A stretch of DNA of 63,948 nucleotides, filler included, from Octopus bimaculoides (lineage: Eukaryota): the NCBI RefSeq assembly GCF_001194135.2. It is 6 parts of 6 records of this genome, joined end to end, with 100 filler letters (N's around TTAATTAATTAA, not from the genome) between each part and the next. Parts side by side here need not be neighbours in the genome. Positions count along the whole stretch, not along the records: positions 25,084 to 50,934 come from NC_069003.1; 5 more parts are not named here. One strand, given 5' to 3'. The notes below the pieces were generated by a model that had not been told where the DNA came from, did no database searches, and saw only the letters and a list, made by a program, of their open reading frames with translations. Position 1 is the first letter of the stretch. Every line of letters starts with the position of its first letter. Below, piece by piece: positions 26,665-39,536 of this stretch. The translations under genes and the position numbers were made by a program.

Positions 26665-27744
26665 TCGCTTTGAGACCCTCTTTATAGTTAAACACTCACG
26701 CACACACACATCAACGTTTCCAAGCAATCTCAGCCTCATTTTCACGATGTAGTGAGGTGTTGGCTTCTGACCTGCTCCACTTGTGGCCTATGTTTATTCT
26801 TTACAGCCAGAGTTTGGCGTTTGGACCAGTTGAGTGCTCAGATTCGTATCTGCGGACTCTTAGATTGTGAGACTACTTCATCAGATTCCTATTTGGCTGT
26901 TTATTGTCGAATATTTTTTTACTGTTTCTGACGTATCTTGTATGTTAATTAAAACCTTGTTATGACATGTGTTGCTCCTATAATCAATCATCTATCTCCG
27001 TGGGGATTTCTCTAAAGTTTGAATGTATTATCTGTTAATATTTCCATCACCATCACTACGATATCGAAATCCATCACTAACTACACGTAATTAATTTTAC
27101 ACATCAAAATGAATAAATTTCAATGGAGTTGCATTTTTTTCCTTCTTCAAGGCTATGTATGTTTTCATTACTGAGTGCATGTTTATCTCGTTAATGACGA
27201 ATGAATCGATTATATGTCCATTAAGGTGATATTTAAAAATGCATTGAAACATCGATCATCAATTCCCATACAAGACTGTTTCGGTTTTAGAAAAGAAATT
27301 ACGAAAACTGAAATTTTTGTTATCTGAAGATACGGAACGTGCGCTGACAAGTGAAATGATGCAATATACACGTGTATACAGACATAAATACAATATATAT
27401 ATATATATCTTTTACTTGTTTCAGCCATTAAACTGTGTCCATGCTGGGGCATCGCCTTGAAGAAGTTTTAGTCGAATGGTACTTATTTTATTGCTCTCTT
27501 TTGCCGAACCGTTAAGTTACGGAGACGCAAACAACACAACAAAACAACCCCACCACACACACATACACGACGGACTTCTTTCAGTTTCCGTCCATCAAAT
27601 CCAGTCACGAGGCTTTGGTCAGCCCGAGGTTATAGTAGGACACTTGCCCAAGATGCAACGCAGTGGGACTGAACCCGGAACCACGTGGGTGGGAAGCAAG
27701 CTTCTTACCACACAGCCACAACTGCATACTTACAATATATATAG

Positions 27745-28035
27745 GTTTCGACGATGAGGGTCCCAGTTGATCCGATCAACGGAACAGCCTGCTCATGAAA
27801 TTAACATGCAAGTGGCTGAATAATCCACAGACACATGTACCCCTAACGTAGTTCTCAGGGAGACTCAGCATGACAAGGCTGGCCCTTTGAAATACAGGTA
27901 CTACTCATTTTTGCCAGCTGAGAGGACTGGAGCAACGTGAAATAAAGGGTCTTGCTCAAGGACACAACGCGTCGCCGGGAATCGAACTCACGATCGTGAG
28001 CCGAATGCCCTTTCCCTTAAGCCACGCGCCCTCAC
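27745..28035 (-). mobile_element. SINE family A (middle 2, tail 1)
   Basis: Reverse complement of the 9595-9900 type; similar copies at 47110-47400 (-) and 50120-50375 (+). Confidence 0.85.
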
Positions 28036-28758
28036 ACGATATATATATATACACACACACAAACGAAATATACACCGCCGGAAGTTGTTGTTGACAAACA
28101 ACGGCAGTTATTTTATTCAGCTGAATACGTCATTGATCGGTTGAAATTACCGATATACGACAACTGTAACATGAAATAACTTTGAAAATATAAACTTTTC
28201 TCAACATCACTAAGAGTAAAAGATGTTTTATATGACACATTCTACCAGTGTCCGAAGTTTGAAAGTGTTTAGTTACAAAAAATTAATTTCTCGATGTGCC
28301 GTTCAAAGGGTAAAGATCCCAAATAAGTGATGGGTACTGTACCTCCATTGAAATGCTATAAGAAGGAAAATCATCATCATTGAATGTCTGTTGCCCATGC
28401 CGGTGTGGGTTGGATGGTCTGACCAGGGCTGGAAGGCTGTACCAGACGCCAGTCTGATTTGTTACGGTTTTCTATGGCTGGCTGTGCCCTTCCTAACGCC
28501 AACCCCTCTGAGAGTGTAATGGGTGCTTTTACGTGACACCAGTATTTGTTATGACTGCAATGGGTCCTCTTCTCAAGCACGACATCATGCCAAAGGTCTT
28601 GGTCATTCGTCATTGCCTCCTCAAAAAGAGCTTTTCACGTGCCACCAGCATCAGCCACTTTCACTCCTTGAGACCCAACACTCGAAAGGTGCTTTTTATG
28701 TGCCACCAGAAATACAAGAATAACAAGATCCAAACAAAGAGTTGAATTGTTTTAGTTG

Positions 28759-28764
28759 TTTATT
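28759..28764 (-). promoter_or_regulatory. Candidate polyadenylation signal AATAAA of RBM8A
   Basis: About 90 nt downstream of the RBM8A stop on the minus strand. Confidence 0.5.
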
Positions 28765-28851
28765 AAAATGAAGATGAATCCCACCCCACTCCCACACTCC
28801 AACAATAGTAAAAAATAATGAAAGGATTTTGATACAAAATAATTTTTCCCA

Positions 28852-28912
28852 TCAGCGCCTTCGTCTGTCTTCTCTGTCTCCTCGGTCCCTATCTCGGTCA
28901 CGCCGGCTCCGA
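28852..28912 (-). CDS. RBM8A: RBM8A/Y14 exon 6 (terminal; RSRRDRDRDRGDREDRRRR*)
   Basis: Acceptor ttttgcag; 61 nt, phase 2 matches exon 5; TGA at 28852-28854. Confidence 0.88.
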
Positions 28913-28949
28913 CTGCAAAAAACCCAAGAAACAAGAATGAAAACCCATT

Positions 28950-29168
28950 AATTCATTAGCATTTAAACTGGCCATGTCCAGCCAAAAGATTCTATGTTTT
29001 ATCTTCAAACTGGCCAGATCCAGCCTCTCACACACACACTAAAATATTATTCTAAAAATAAATAATTATGTCATTGAAATCTCAAAGCTACAGGATAATG
29101 AATGATTAATTCAAACCAATGTGAATAAATAAGCATTACGTTTGACAGAGGAATCTGAATGCTAAACC
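28950..29168 (+). mobile_element. piggyBac-type MITE (degenerate)
   Basis: Homologous to 55902-56121; another shorter copy at 45005-45156 starts TTAA|CCCTTTAG. Confidence 0.65.
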
Positions 29169-29543
29169 TTTTTGATTCCAACTCAATTCAAGACTGTCTC
29201 TGGCTCCACAGATACAAGACAGCTAATATCAAATCGTTTCTAATTGAAGTTAAAAATTTTCCTTCATAGCATTAATATCATCTTTATTAAGCTTCTTGAC
29301 ACTGACTTACAATGAAAAGTCCATTGTTTTACCAAATAAATTCTATGAAAAATCTCAAAGATTAATTACAATACATGGGAAATGTGTTTCAATGGAATTA
29401 AAGTTGTTAGCATAATGTAATGAAATACAGAAAATGTAAACCAATTAAAACAGGAAAACTAATGGAAACTAATCGAGTGATATTTGTGAAGAGTGTGCTG
29501 TAAGAAAAACTACAACAATTTGAATACAAATCAAAACCTTTAC

Positions 29544-29674
29544 CTGCTTTTCCTTGGTCCACGCACAAAACACCAGTCAACGTTTATTTTCTGTCCAAGC
29601 ATATCAGATCCATTCAGGGCATCCATTGCGCTTTGAGCTTCTTTGAATGTTTCATATTCAACGAGAGCATAACC
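29544..29674 (-). CDS. RBM8A: RBM8A exon 5 ([43 protein letters not shown])
   Basis: RNP1 KGYALVEY and the VDWCFV motif of Y14; AG/GT boundaries; 131 nt. Confidence 0.97.
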
Positions 29675-29717
29675 CTGTTTGAAACAGAAACACAATGACA
29701 TAATTTAGGAAATATAC

Positions 29718-30017
29718 TGGCATTGGTACCACATAAATTGCACTTGTGTTGGTATCACATTAAAAACATAAGTGCTGGTACCACATAAAAAGCACAGGTG
29801 CCACATAAATAGCACTTGTGTTGGTACCACATTAAAAACATCAGTGCTGGTGCCACATAAAAAGTAGCCAGTACACTCTGTGGTGAGGTTGGTATTAGAA
29901 AGGGTACCCAGCTGTAGAAACCATGCCAGAACAGACAATGGTGCAGCCGCCGGTCTTACCAGCTCTGGTCAAACAGTCCAACCTATGCCAGCATGGAAAA
30001 CAGTAGTTAAATGATGA
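29718..30017 (+). mobile_element. Older family C copy with 5' minisatellite of about 25-bp GGTGCCACATAAAAAGCAC units
   Basis: Six imperfect units, then the body and catggaaaa..gttaaatgatgat tail. Other old copies: 28375-28712 (-), and 32005-32165, 37393-37590, 43555-43755 and 54560-54748 (+). Confidence 0.75.
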
Positions 30018-31357
30018 TTGACCACGATGATCTCGTAGTAAGGACATCCAACTTTACCAAAACTAAGCAGACAATCCAAGATCAGTAATCGGAATGAAAA
30101 TGAGTTCAAACTTTGCCATTTATGTGACACCGGTCCAGGACTCTTGTAAGGGAGAGTAGCCTTAACACTTCTGCTGTGGAGGACAGGTTTTCTTTTCATG
30201 TGCATGGAAAACAATAGTTAAAGTAGACTAAACGATCAGAGAGCTATGGAATGCACTGAACGGACAATTATGAACTCAGTTCAAGTATCACCAAAGTCAG
30301 CTTTGTCTTTATCCCTCCTGGGGTGATCAAATGAAGTCCAAGTCAAGTACTGGGCTTCGATATAATCAACTACTCCCTTTTGCCCTAAATTTCTGGCTTC
30401 ATGCTCAAGTTTGAAACATTTTACATCATTGTCGTCGTCATCGTCATCATCATCATCATTAAGGCAGTGAGCTAGTAGAATCATTAGCACACCGAGCAAA
30501 AGGCTTAGCAGTATTTTATCCGTCTTTACGTTCTGAGTTCAAATTCCACCAAAGTTAACTTTGCCTTTCATCCTTTCAGGGTCGATAAAATTAGGACCAG
30601 TTGAGCACACCTGGCAATATGCTGAGCAGCATTTTGTCTATCTTTACATTCTAAGTTCAATTCCACTGACGTTGACTTTACTGTTCATCCTTCCAGGGCC
30701 AATAGAATCAACTTACTCTGCCAAAAATTGCTCGCCTTGTTTCAAAGTCTGAAACCGTTATTATTATTATTACTAGCTGATCCCATGACATTAAAAATGA
30801 CAGCTAATTGTAGTATTTTATTTATAAATACAGATGGTAAATTAAATTAATACACTTGTCAGTGTTATCTAATGGTTGACTTTTGAGATGTGACACCAAA
30901 ACGTTGTTTGTTACTGAAAGAACGTTGGTTCACACATGCAAACATTCACATACTTCCAATGTACATGCACACACACATACTCACAGAGTTGAAACGCTGT
31001 TTGATTTTTCTTTTCAGCATTGAATGTTCACCATCACACTTCCATTGCACACACACACACACAAACATTCACATACATACACACACACACACATATTCAC
31101 AGAGTTGAAATGCTCCCACTACCAGTTTGTCATCATCCCTTCCTTTCTCATTCATATGTTGTGACAGAGAAAAACACAACAGTATTATTACAGTAGAAAA
31201 TTATTATTAGTGCTCTTAATATATTATTAATATACACTCAGCCTCCTGCTCTACTAATCCAGGGTATGGTTTAAGGAGCTTTATTCAGTTGACTATTGCA
31301 CTCATTTTCAACTGAGTTAAAATATTTTCCCAAGAATATAACAAAGAGACAGATTAC

Positions 31358-31494
31358 CTTAATGAAACCTGTTCTTCGATCCAGGTTGACATTCAGATTC
31401 TTTATTTCTCCATAATTAGCAAATATTTCATAGACATCATCTTCCTGTGCTTCTTCATGGACGCCAGTAATGAAGAGAATCCATCCTTCAACAG
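31358..31494 (-). CDS. RBM8A: RBM8A exon 4 ([45 protein letters not shown])
   Basis: Y14 RRM N-terminal half; acceptor cctccag, donor AAG|gtaatc; 137 nt. Confidence 0.97.
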
Positions 31495-31584
31495 CTGGAG
31501 GTAGAAAATACAACCAAACAATAATCACATTAGGAGAGATCAGATGTGTGCTCCAGGCTGCAGCAAATGGTCAAGAGTTGTAAT

Positions 31585-31912
31585 TCATCATCGTTTAACG
31601 TCCGCTTTCCATGCTAGCATGGGTTGGACGATTTGACTGAGGGACTGGTGAACCAAATGGCTACACCAGGCTCCAATCTGATCTGGCAGAGTTTCTACAG
31701 CTGGATGCCCTTCCTAATGCCAACCAGGAGAGTGTAGTGGGTGCTTTTATGTGCCACCGGCACGTAGGCCAGTCAGGCGGTACTGGCAACGGCCACGCTC
31801 AAAATGGTGTATTTTACGTGCCACCTGCACAGGAGCCAGTCCAGCGGCACTGGCAACGATCTCGCTCGAATGTCCTTACACGTGCCAGGAAGGCGACGCT
31901 GGGCACAGGTGA
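31585..31912 (-). mobile_element. Young family C retroposon in RBM8A intron 3
   Basis: High identity to the other young copies. Confidence 0.9.
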
Positions 31913-33204
31913 TGAATAAAATTTGTTGATCAGGAGATGTAGTGACTTGCTGTATTTGATAAGATATGTCAAGCTAAGTAAATTTGTTGTCTTCCAAACA
32001 TACAGCACACTCTTAAGTGGTTGACATTAGGAAGGGCATCCAGCCATAGAAACCATGTCACAACAGACAGTTGGAGTCTGGACAGCTCCCTGCTAACCAG
32101 CTTCATGTCAAACCGTCCAACCCATGCCAGCATGGAAAGTGAACGTTAAATGATGATGATGCTGATAACAAACTAAAGGGGAATGCTCAGACCTGATTTA
32201 GAACTTGTGATAGTGGAATGATGAATTATATCTAGGTCTACGTTGTAAATAAGTTGGTGAAATCACTCAAAAGAAATATGGCACACACCACCATAACAAC
32301 AACATGGGTGAACAGGTTTTGTATGTAGCAGGCGATGGAGAAGACTGCTGGAGCAGACCGGTCTGTCCAACCCATTCAAGTGTGGAGAAAGAGATGTAAA
32401 ATGATGGTGATGACAGCAATTGTGTGTGTGTGTATGTGTGTGTGTGTGTTTATTGATCTACATAGGCTGAATATTCACAGCTGGGTGACTGTTCTAAACA
32501 GGCAGTAAATGGTGATATAGAGTTTACCAGCCAGGTAGAATGAGGTAAAACTCAACCCCAGTTCTTTTAATTTTTAAGCCTGGTACTCATTCTATTGGTC
32601 TCTTTGCTGAACAGCTAAGTTACAGGAACATAAACACACCAACACTGGTTGTCAAGCAGTGGTGGGGGACAAACACTGACACAAAGACACACACATAAAT
32701 GGGCTTCTTTCAGTTTCCGTCTACCAAATCCACTCACAAGGCTTTTGACTGGCCGGAGGCTATAGTAGAAGACACTTGTCCAAGGTGCCACACTGAGATT
32801 GAACCTGGAACCATGGGTTGGGAAGCAAACTTCTTACCACACAGCCATGACTGCACCTGATAGGATTTTCTAAACATCGAATGGCTAGGAGGGTTCATCC
32901 AAATAAATATGAACCAAAGTGTCCATAGTAAAAAAATTTGCTGAGAAAACTTTTAAAGCACAGAGTGAGAGTTGAGGAAGATTGAACTATTATTCTAGCA
33001 GGTGAGGCTCCCTTGAGATAACCATCCGTCTTGTTTTGCAGGAGAAGAGTTATTGTATGAAATGAGGCAACAGCAAGATTTGAACATGGAAACACAAGGC
33101 ATTATGGATCAACACTCCAAATATGACCACACCCACTGCAATTACTTCAATAAAGTATGAAATTGTACAGGAAGAATTGAATAGTGTAGGCAGGATAGCC
33201 ACAT

Positions 33205-33533
33205 TTGGAGCCAGTACCGCCTGACTGGCCTTTGTAGGATTTCCGAGCGAGATCGTTGCCAGTGCCCCTGGACTGGCTCGTGTGCGGGTGGCACATAAAA
33301 TACACCATTTTGAGCGTGGCCGTTGCCAGTACCGCCTGACTGACCTTCGTGTGGGTGACACGTAAAAGCACCCACTACACTCTCTGAGTGGTTGGCGTTA
33401 GGAAGGGCATCCAGCTGTAGAAACTCTGCCAAATCAGATTGGAGCCTGGTGTTGCCATCCGGTTTCACCAGTCCTCAGTCAAATCGTCCAACCCATGCTA
33501 GCATGGAAAGCGGACGTTAAATGATGATGATGA
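33205..33533 (+). mobile_element. Young family C retroposon in RBM8A intron 3
   Basis: Ends gcggacgttaaatgatgatgatga; inverted relative to the 31585 and 33737 copies. Confidence 0.9.
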
Positions 33534-33736
33534 GTGACTAAGGGTTAAATACCAGAATATCAGCTAGGTTCTCTGTAAAAATACATGTCTTCCAGCTCTG
33601 GTATAACGACATTCAGCAAATGATGAGAGCCACAACTTCTTCATAGGACGCCAGGTAACATCTCCAAATCATCTGGCTTCTACTTTCAACAGCTAAGCTC
33701 AAACAGGGTTGATGAAGAATAAAGAATTTTACTAAA

Positions 33737-33920
33737 TCATCATCATCATCGTTTAACGTTCACTTTCCATGCTAGCATGGGTTGGACGATTTGACTGAGG
33801 ACTGGTGAAACCAGATGGCTACACCAGGCTCCAATCTGATCTGGCAGAGTTTCTACAGCTGGATGCTCTTCCTAACGCCAACCACTCCGAGAGTGTAGTG
33901 GGTGCTTTTTACGTGCCACT
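33737..33920 (-). mobile_element. Young family C retroposon (5' truncated)
   Basis: Reverse complement of 33361-33533 at high identity. Confidence 0.9.
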
Positions 33921-34141
33921 GGCACAAAGCAATATTGGTTTCAAATTTTGGCACAAGGGGACGGGGCAAATCAATGACATTGGCCCCAGTGTTCAGTTGG
34001 TACTTATTTTATTGACTCCAACAAATGTAAAGATGGTCGAAATGCTAAGTATTTTATGCAACTTGCTAATGATTCCATAGCTCGATGCATTAATACCAAA
34101 CCAAAACTATTAAGAAGTGTTCATGCAAGAAGAGTACTCAC

Positions 34142-34219
34142 AGCGTTGCGGTCCAGGTCCCCCATCATCATCAACATCCATCACCTCATAATCCTCCACA
34201 CCACTTTTAGTCTGGCCAT
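34142..34219 (-). CDS. RBM8A: RBM8A exon 3 (DGQTKSGVEDYEVMDVDDDGGPGPQRS)
   Basis: Conserved DY and PGPQRS; acceptor tttcag, donor gtgagt; 78 nt, phase 1-1. Confidence 0.95.
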
Positions 34220-34641
34220 CTGAAATACAAAAAAAACATTATTTCATCAGGTTAAAAATTAAATTTTTTTAAAATAATAATAATAAAAAAAAAAACCAGG
34301 TGTGTCTGTTGCTTTGAACATATCTCATTAAAATATACTAATTAGTAACATCTACCGTCTACAATGTCGTTTTTTTACTTGGAGATTCTTTCATTACTAA
34401 TACAACAAAAATGGTGGTAACTATATTTTGCTGATGAAGATTAATAAAACTGAAACATATAGAGAGTTGTCCCCATATCACTCAGTAAATTTTAAAGTCC
34501 TTTTCTGCAACTGTAAACCACATGTAACCCCATATTAAAGTGTTATTTGCACCATATTTGTTTATTTTTTGTTTTATTGAGGGAATTTGTCTAGAATTTT
34601 CTTTTCATTTTCAAGCATAATGGCAGTGATTACCCCACGAG

Positions 34642-34957
34642 TTTTTTTTTTTTTTCGCCCTTTCAAAGCCTAGCCAGGCTCATGGGCCTGGTTTCCCGGT
34701 TTCTATGGCGTATGTGTTCCCCACCAGCTGGACGGGACGCTAGTCCATCGCAGTGTTACTCAAGAAACAGGAAGAAAGAATGAGAGAAAGTTGGGGCGAA
34801 AGAGTACAACAGGGGTCGCCACCACCCCCTGCCGGAGCCTCGTGGAGATTAAGTGTTTTCGCTCAATAAACACTCACAACGCCCGGTCTGGGAATCGAAA
34901 TCGTGATCCTCTGACCATGAGTCCGCTGCGCTAACCACTGGGCCATTGCGCCTCCAC
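34642..34957 (-). mobile_element. SINE family A (middle 1, tail 2, poly-A)
   Basis: Head gtggaggcgcaatggcccagtgg on the minus strand, gagcgaaaacac middle, gggcccatgagcctggctaggc tail, and poly-T on the plus strand at 34642-34655. Confidence 0.88.
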
Positions 34958-36040
34958 TGCACCCTTTTAAAACCTAACCAGGCTCATGGGCCCTACACCA
35001 TGAGTGGTCAGTTAAAATTCAGTGCTTAATAATTTAATGAGTGAAAGAGAACTTGGATAAAATAATTATAGTGTTACAACATAGTTGTGAATGGTAAGGA
35101 TTAAATGGTAAGGATTAAATATAAAGCAATTTACAAATATATTTTAAAAGTAGGCTTCTCTGTTAACTGGTGGGTTTATGTGGAGAACATTATTACTGAA
35201 ATAAGAGTAAATAGTACTACTTTGTTAGTGATATGAACCTTATAAAACTGTGGAATGGATGAGATGAATGTATAACTTGGAATGCTTTTTCGAATGAGAG
35301 TTGTGCAGCTTCCAATTTACAGAGACTAAATGGGGCACAAATTCAGCTCTGAGACTGAAAATCAATTCCCAGGAATTGATATCTAGGAAATATATATGTG
35401 AAAACACCCACATTCTCAACTTCCTGCATTCAACCTTACCTAGGGTGGTAGGCCTAATTTAGTACTCACTTTAACCCATCATTGTTAGCTGCCTTCAGCA
35501 GAATCCATTCTGTACTCTCAATACAGATAACAATAGACAATAGCTTTGTTCGGTAGTGGACTTAATCGATCTCCCAGTCTAATACCAACACCACTGGACA
35601 GTCGCTTTCAGTGGAGTCTCTGGTTTAAGATGAGATAACTATGTCAATGAGTTCCTACCCACTACAAAAGTAATCCATGAGTTCTGGTTTCTTTCTGCCT
35701 TTCTTTCCCATCAGTCAGTCACTGAGGCAATACAAGAAGGGCTCAAGGGTGCTGCCCTTCTTTGACAGTGCCATTAAAAGAATTAATTCAAACAATGGAA
35801 ATTTATTCAATAACACAGTTGCAGAGTTAAGTCCCTTGCACAAATATGCCAGAAGTAAGCAACTTTTTGAAATATATTTGTAAAGCCTTTGAAGAATTTC
35901 TAGTTGAATGAATTGACCCTAGTACTTCTTTTAAGCCTGGTATCAGTCTTTTTTGCCAAACTGTTAAGTTATGGGGACATAAACACACCAGCACCAGTCA
36001 TCAAGCAGTGGTGGAGGACAAACACAAACACACATATATA

Positions 36041-36240
36041 TCATCATCGTTTAACATCTGCTTTCCATGCTAGCATGGGTTGGACGATTTGACTGAGGAC
36101 TGGCGAACCAGAGGGTTGCACCAGCCTCCAATCTGATCTGGCAGAGTTTCTACAGCTGGATGCCTTCCTAACGCCAACCACTCTGAGAGTGTAGTGGGTG
36201 CTTTTACGTGCCACCGGCACGAGGGCCAGTCACATGGTAC
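36041..36240 (-). mobile_element. Family C retroposon nested in the microsatellite of a family B SINE
   Basis: The family B halves at about 35920-36040 and 36241-36430 flank it. Confidence 0.85.
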
Positions 36241-36278
<38 letters not shown>

Positions 36279-37160
36279 GGGTTTCTTTCAGTTTCTGTCT
36301 ATTAAATCCACTCACAAGGATTTAGTCAGCCCGATGCAGTAGTGCAGGACACTTGCCCAAGGTGCCGCACAGTGGGGACTGAACCAAGAACTATGTGGTT
36401 AGTAAGCAAGCATTTTAACACATAGCCACACCTACTTTCAGGTGAGTACAGCAGCTGAGTAGTACCACAGATATGGGGAAGACGAAAATGGGGGTAGAAT
36501 GTTTGGTGTATCAGATAGAGAGAAGCTAGGAGATGACCTTGCATGTACAAACAAAACTGACTGGTTTTAGGATATCATATTTGTGGTAATGGACAGGTCT
36601 TCTTGAGCACAGTAAAACGCCCATGATCTCTATCCTTTGTCATCTCTTTCATAAAGCTCAACATCTTGAGATCAGTCTTCGATACTTTGTCCCATGTCTT
36701 CCTTTTCCACAAGTTCCAGCTGTCCTCGTCCATATACATCACAAGACCAAACTAGCACAGTCTTCTCTTGTGCACACTACATCTAATTCCTCTTATGCCT
36801 AACTTTCCTCACAATATATTTGCACCTTGTTGTACATGCATACTAATACTGTACATTCAGCAGAGCATACTAGCTTCATATTGTAGGACCAGCAGTAGAG
36901 AAATTAATCTTGTGCTCTCTATGAGGCTAAACACTTTTCAGTATTTCATTGTGCAGTCATTTGCTCAAAGAATAAGCTGAGAGGGTGAACAACAACAACT
37001 GTTGCTCCTACCAATCAGTCTAAATTCACAATTATTTTAGAATTTAATTGAAACTCAAAAGGGGTGTATTCTGGTTAGAAATATAGTAAGAAAAAGATTA
37101 AGATGTTATTTTCTTTCACACTGCTTCAAAATGTACCAAATATTACAACAGTTTACTAAC

Positions 37161-37220
37161 CTGCGCCGAAACCTCTTCCTTTTCTTTTCTTAGCTTTTTC
37201 TTTTAGTTTCTGAAGTCCTT
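37161..37220 (-). CDS. RBM8A: RBM8A exon 2 (QGLQKLKEKAKKRKGRGFGA)
   Basis: KLKEKAKKRKGRGFG is the Y14 N-terminal signature; 60 nt with AG/GT boundaries. Confidence 0.97.
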
Positions 37221-38251
37221 CTAAAAGTAAAAAGGGGAAAAACAAGAAAATTATTATATCTTTATTGGTCACAATAATAAGATTACTAAGCAGGAAGCAA
37301 TAAACCATGGTATATAAAAACAAGGTGAGTGGTAATGACATTATAAACAATATATTCTGGTGGAATCAAATCTTATCTTTTTATTTACATGCTTGGGCTG
37401 GTGCCATGTAAAAAGCACTGGTGATGGTGCCAAATAAAAGCACCCAGTACACTCTGTAAAGTGATTGGCATTAGGAAGGGCATCCAGCTGTAGAAATCAT
37501 GGCAGAATAGACAATGGAGCCTGGTGTGGCCCCCAGCCCTACCAGCTCCCGTCAAACTGTCCAACCCAAGCCAGCATGGAAGAACATTGAACTCTTCTGG
37601 CCTATACCTGCTGCTTTAATTAACACAGTATCCTCATCATCTAACTTGATGGCTCCCTTCATTCCTATGATAATACACCTATCATTATCATCATTATTGT
37701 ACTAATATCTACTTATCCATGCTTGCATGGATCAGACAAAAGCATGTTGGGGGCAAAGTTTTCTACAGCTGGAACCTCCTTCTGACATCAAAGCCTATCA
37801 GTTTCCAAATTAGGAAAGTTGATCAAAGAATTGTAGTGTTGATACAAGTGTCAATGCACCAACTTATAAGATCTGGGATAGGATTAATGAATTGGGGGAG
37901 TGGAGGAGATGATCTGCACTTTCAGGATTAGAAACGACTAAATGAATTTTCATTTTATCTTCTACTTGTTTCAGTCATCAGACTGTGGCCATGCTGGAGC
38001 ACCTCCTTGAATTTTAGTCAAAGAAATCAAACCCCAGTATTTTTTTAAAGCCTGGTACTTATTCTATCAGTCACCTTTGCCAAACAACTAAGTTATGAGG
38101 ACATAAACACATTATCACTGGTTGTCAAGCAGTCATGATGACAAACACAAAGACATACACACACGCGAAATTGTAAGAATCTTTTGGACATTGACTGATG
38201 AGGAATTAGCTACGAATTTTCTGTTAAATTTTCCGTTTATGTTTTTGTTAA

Positions 38252-38295
<44 letters not shown>

Positions 38296-39152
38296 GACGG
38301 GGTTCTTTCAGTTTACCAAATCCACTCATAAAGCTTTGGTCGGCCCGAGGATATAGNNNNNNNNNNNNNNNNNNNNNNNNNNNNNNNNNNNNNNNNNNNN
38401 NNNNNNNNNNNNNNNNNNNNNNNNNNNNNNNNNNNNNNNNNNNNNNNNNNNNNNNNNNNNNNNNNNNNNNNNNNNNNNNNNNNNNNNNNNNNNNNNNNNN
38501 NNNNNNNNNNNNNNNNNNNNNNNNNNNNNNNNNNNNNNNNNNNNNNNNNNNNNNNNNNNNNNNNNNNNNNNNNNNNNNNNNNNNNNNNNNNNNNNNNNNN
38601 NNNNNNNNNNNNNNNNNNNNNNNNNNNNNNNNNNNNNNNNNNNNNNNNNNNNNNNNNNNNNNNNNNNNNNNNNNNNNNNNNNNNNNNNNNNNNNNNNNNN
38701 NNNNNNNNNNNNNNNNNNNNNNNNNNNNNNNNNNNNNNNNNNNNNNNNNNNNNNNNNNNNNNNNNNNNNNNNNNNNNNNNNNNNNNNNNNNNNNNNNNNN
38801 NNNNNNNNNNNNNNNNNNNNNNNNNNNNNNNNNNNNNNNNNNNNNNNNNNNNNNNNNNNNNNNNNNNNNNNNNNNNNNNNNNNNNNNNNNNNNNNNNNNN
38901 NNNNNNNNNNNNNNNNNNNNNNNNNNNNNNNNNNNNNNNNNNNNNNNNNNNNNNNNNNNNNNNNNNNNNNNNNNNNNNNNNNNNNNNNNNNNNNNNNNNN
39001 NNNNNNNNNNNNNNNNNNNNNNNNNNNNNNNNNNNNNNNNNNNNNNNNNNNNNNNNNNNNNNNNNNNNNNNNNNNNNNNNNNNNNNNNNNNNNNNNNNNN
39101 NNNNNNNNNNNNNNNNNNNNNNNNNNNNNNNNNNNNNNNNNNNNNNNNNNNN

Positions 39153-39195
<43 letters not shown>

Positions 39196-39536
39196 CACCA
39201 AAACAATACACATATATATAACAGATTTGTTGAAAGTGATACTTTCAGTACCAACGTTCTACATAATGATAAACAGTCTGTTATAGACATACAGACGAAA
39301 TATTTTACAATAATTATCAGAGAAAAACGTCGTATCTTATTCTTTTCCCAAAACAGTAACAAACAACAATGAAATAAAAATGTTCCGATTGGTGATGAGA
39401 GCGCGGAATGTCACCAACGACACAATGATCATCATTTTCATGAACGTGGGTCGACTGTTAGTAATAGTAATATCAAAAATAATATAATCAGTAATAAACG
39501 ATAAATAAAGACTAGAATATGCAAAGTCCCACTCAC

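Noticed and set aside
29718-29870. CRISPR-like array
   Set aside because: The units are contiguous and degenerate with no unique spacers, the context is eukaryotic, and no cas genes are present.
34430-34470. CTGATGA...GAAAC on the plus strand
   Set aside because: Only 2 bp of stem II and no stem I or III; a likely chance match in AT-rich DNA.
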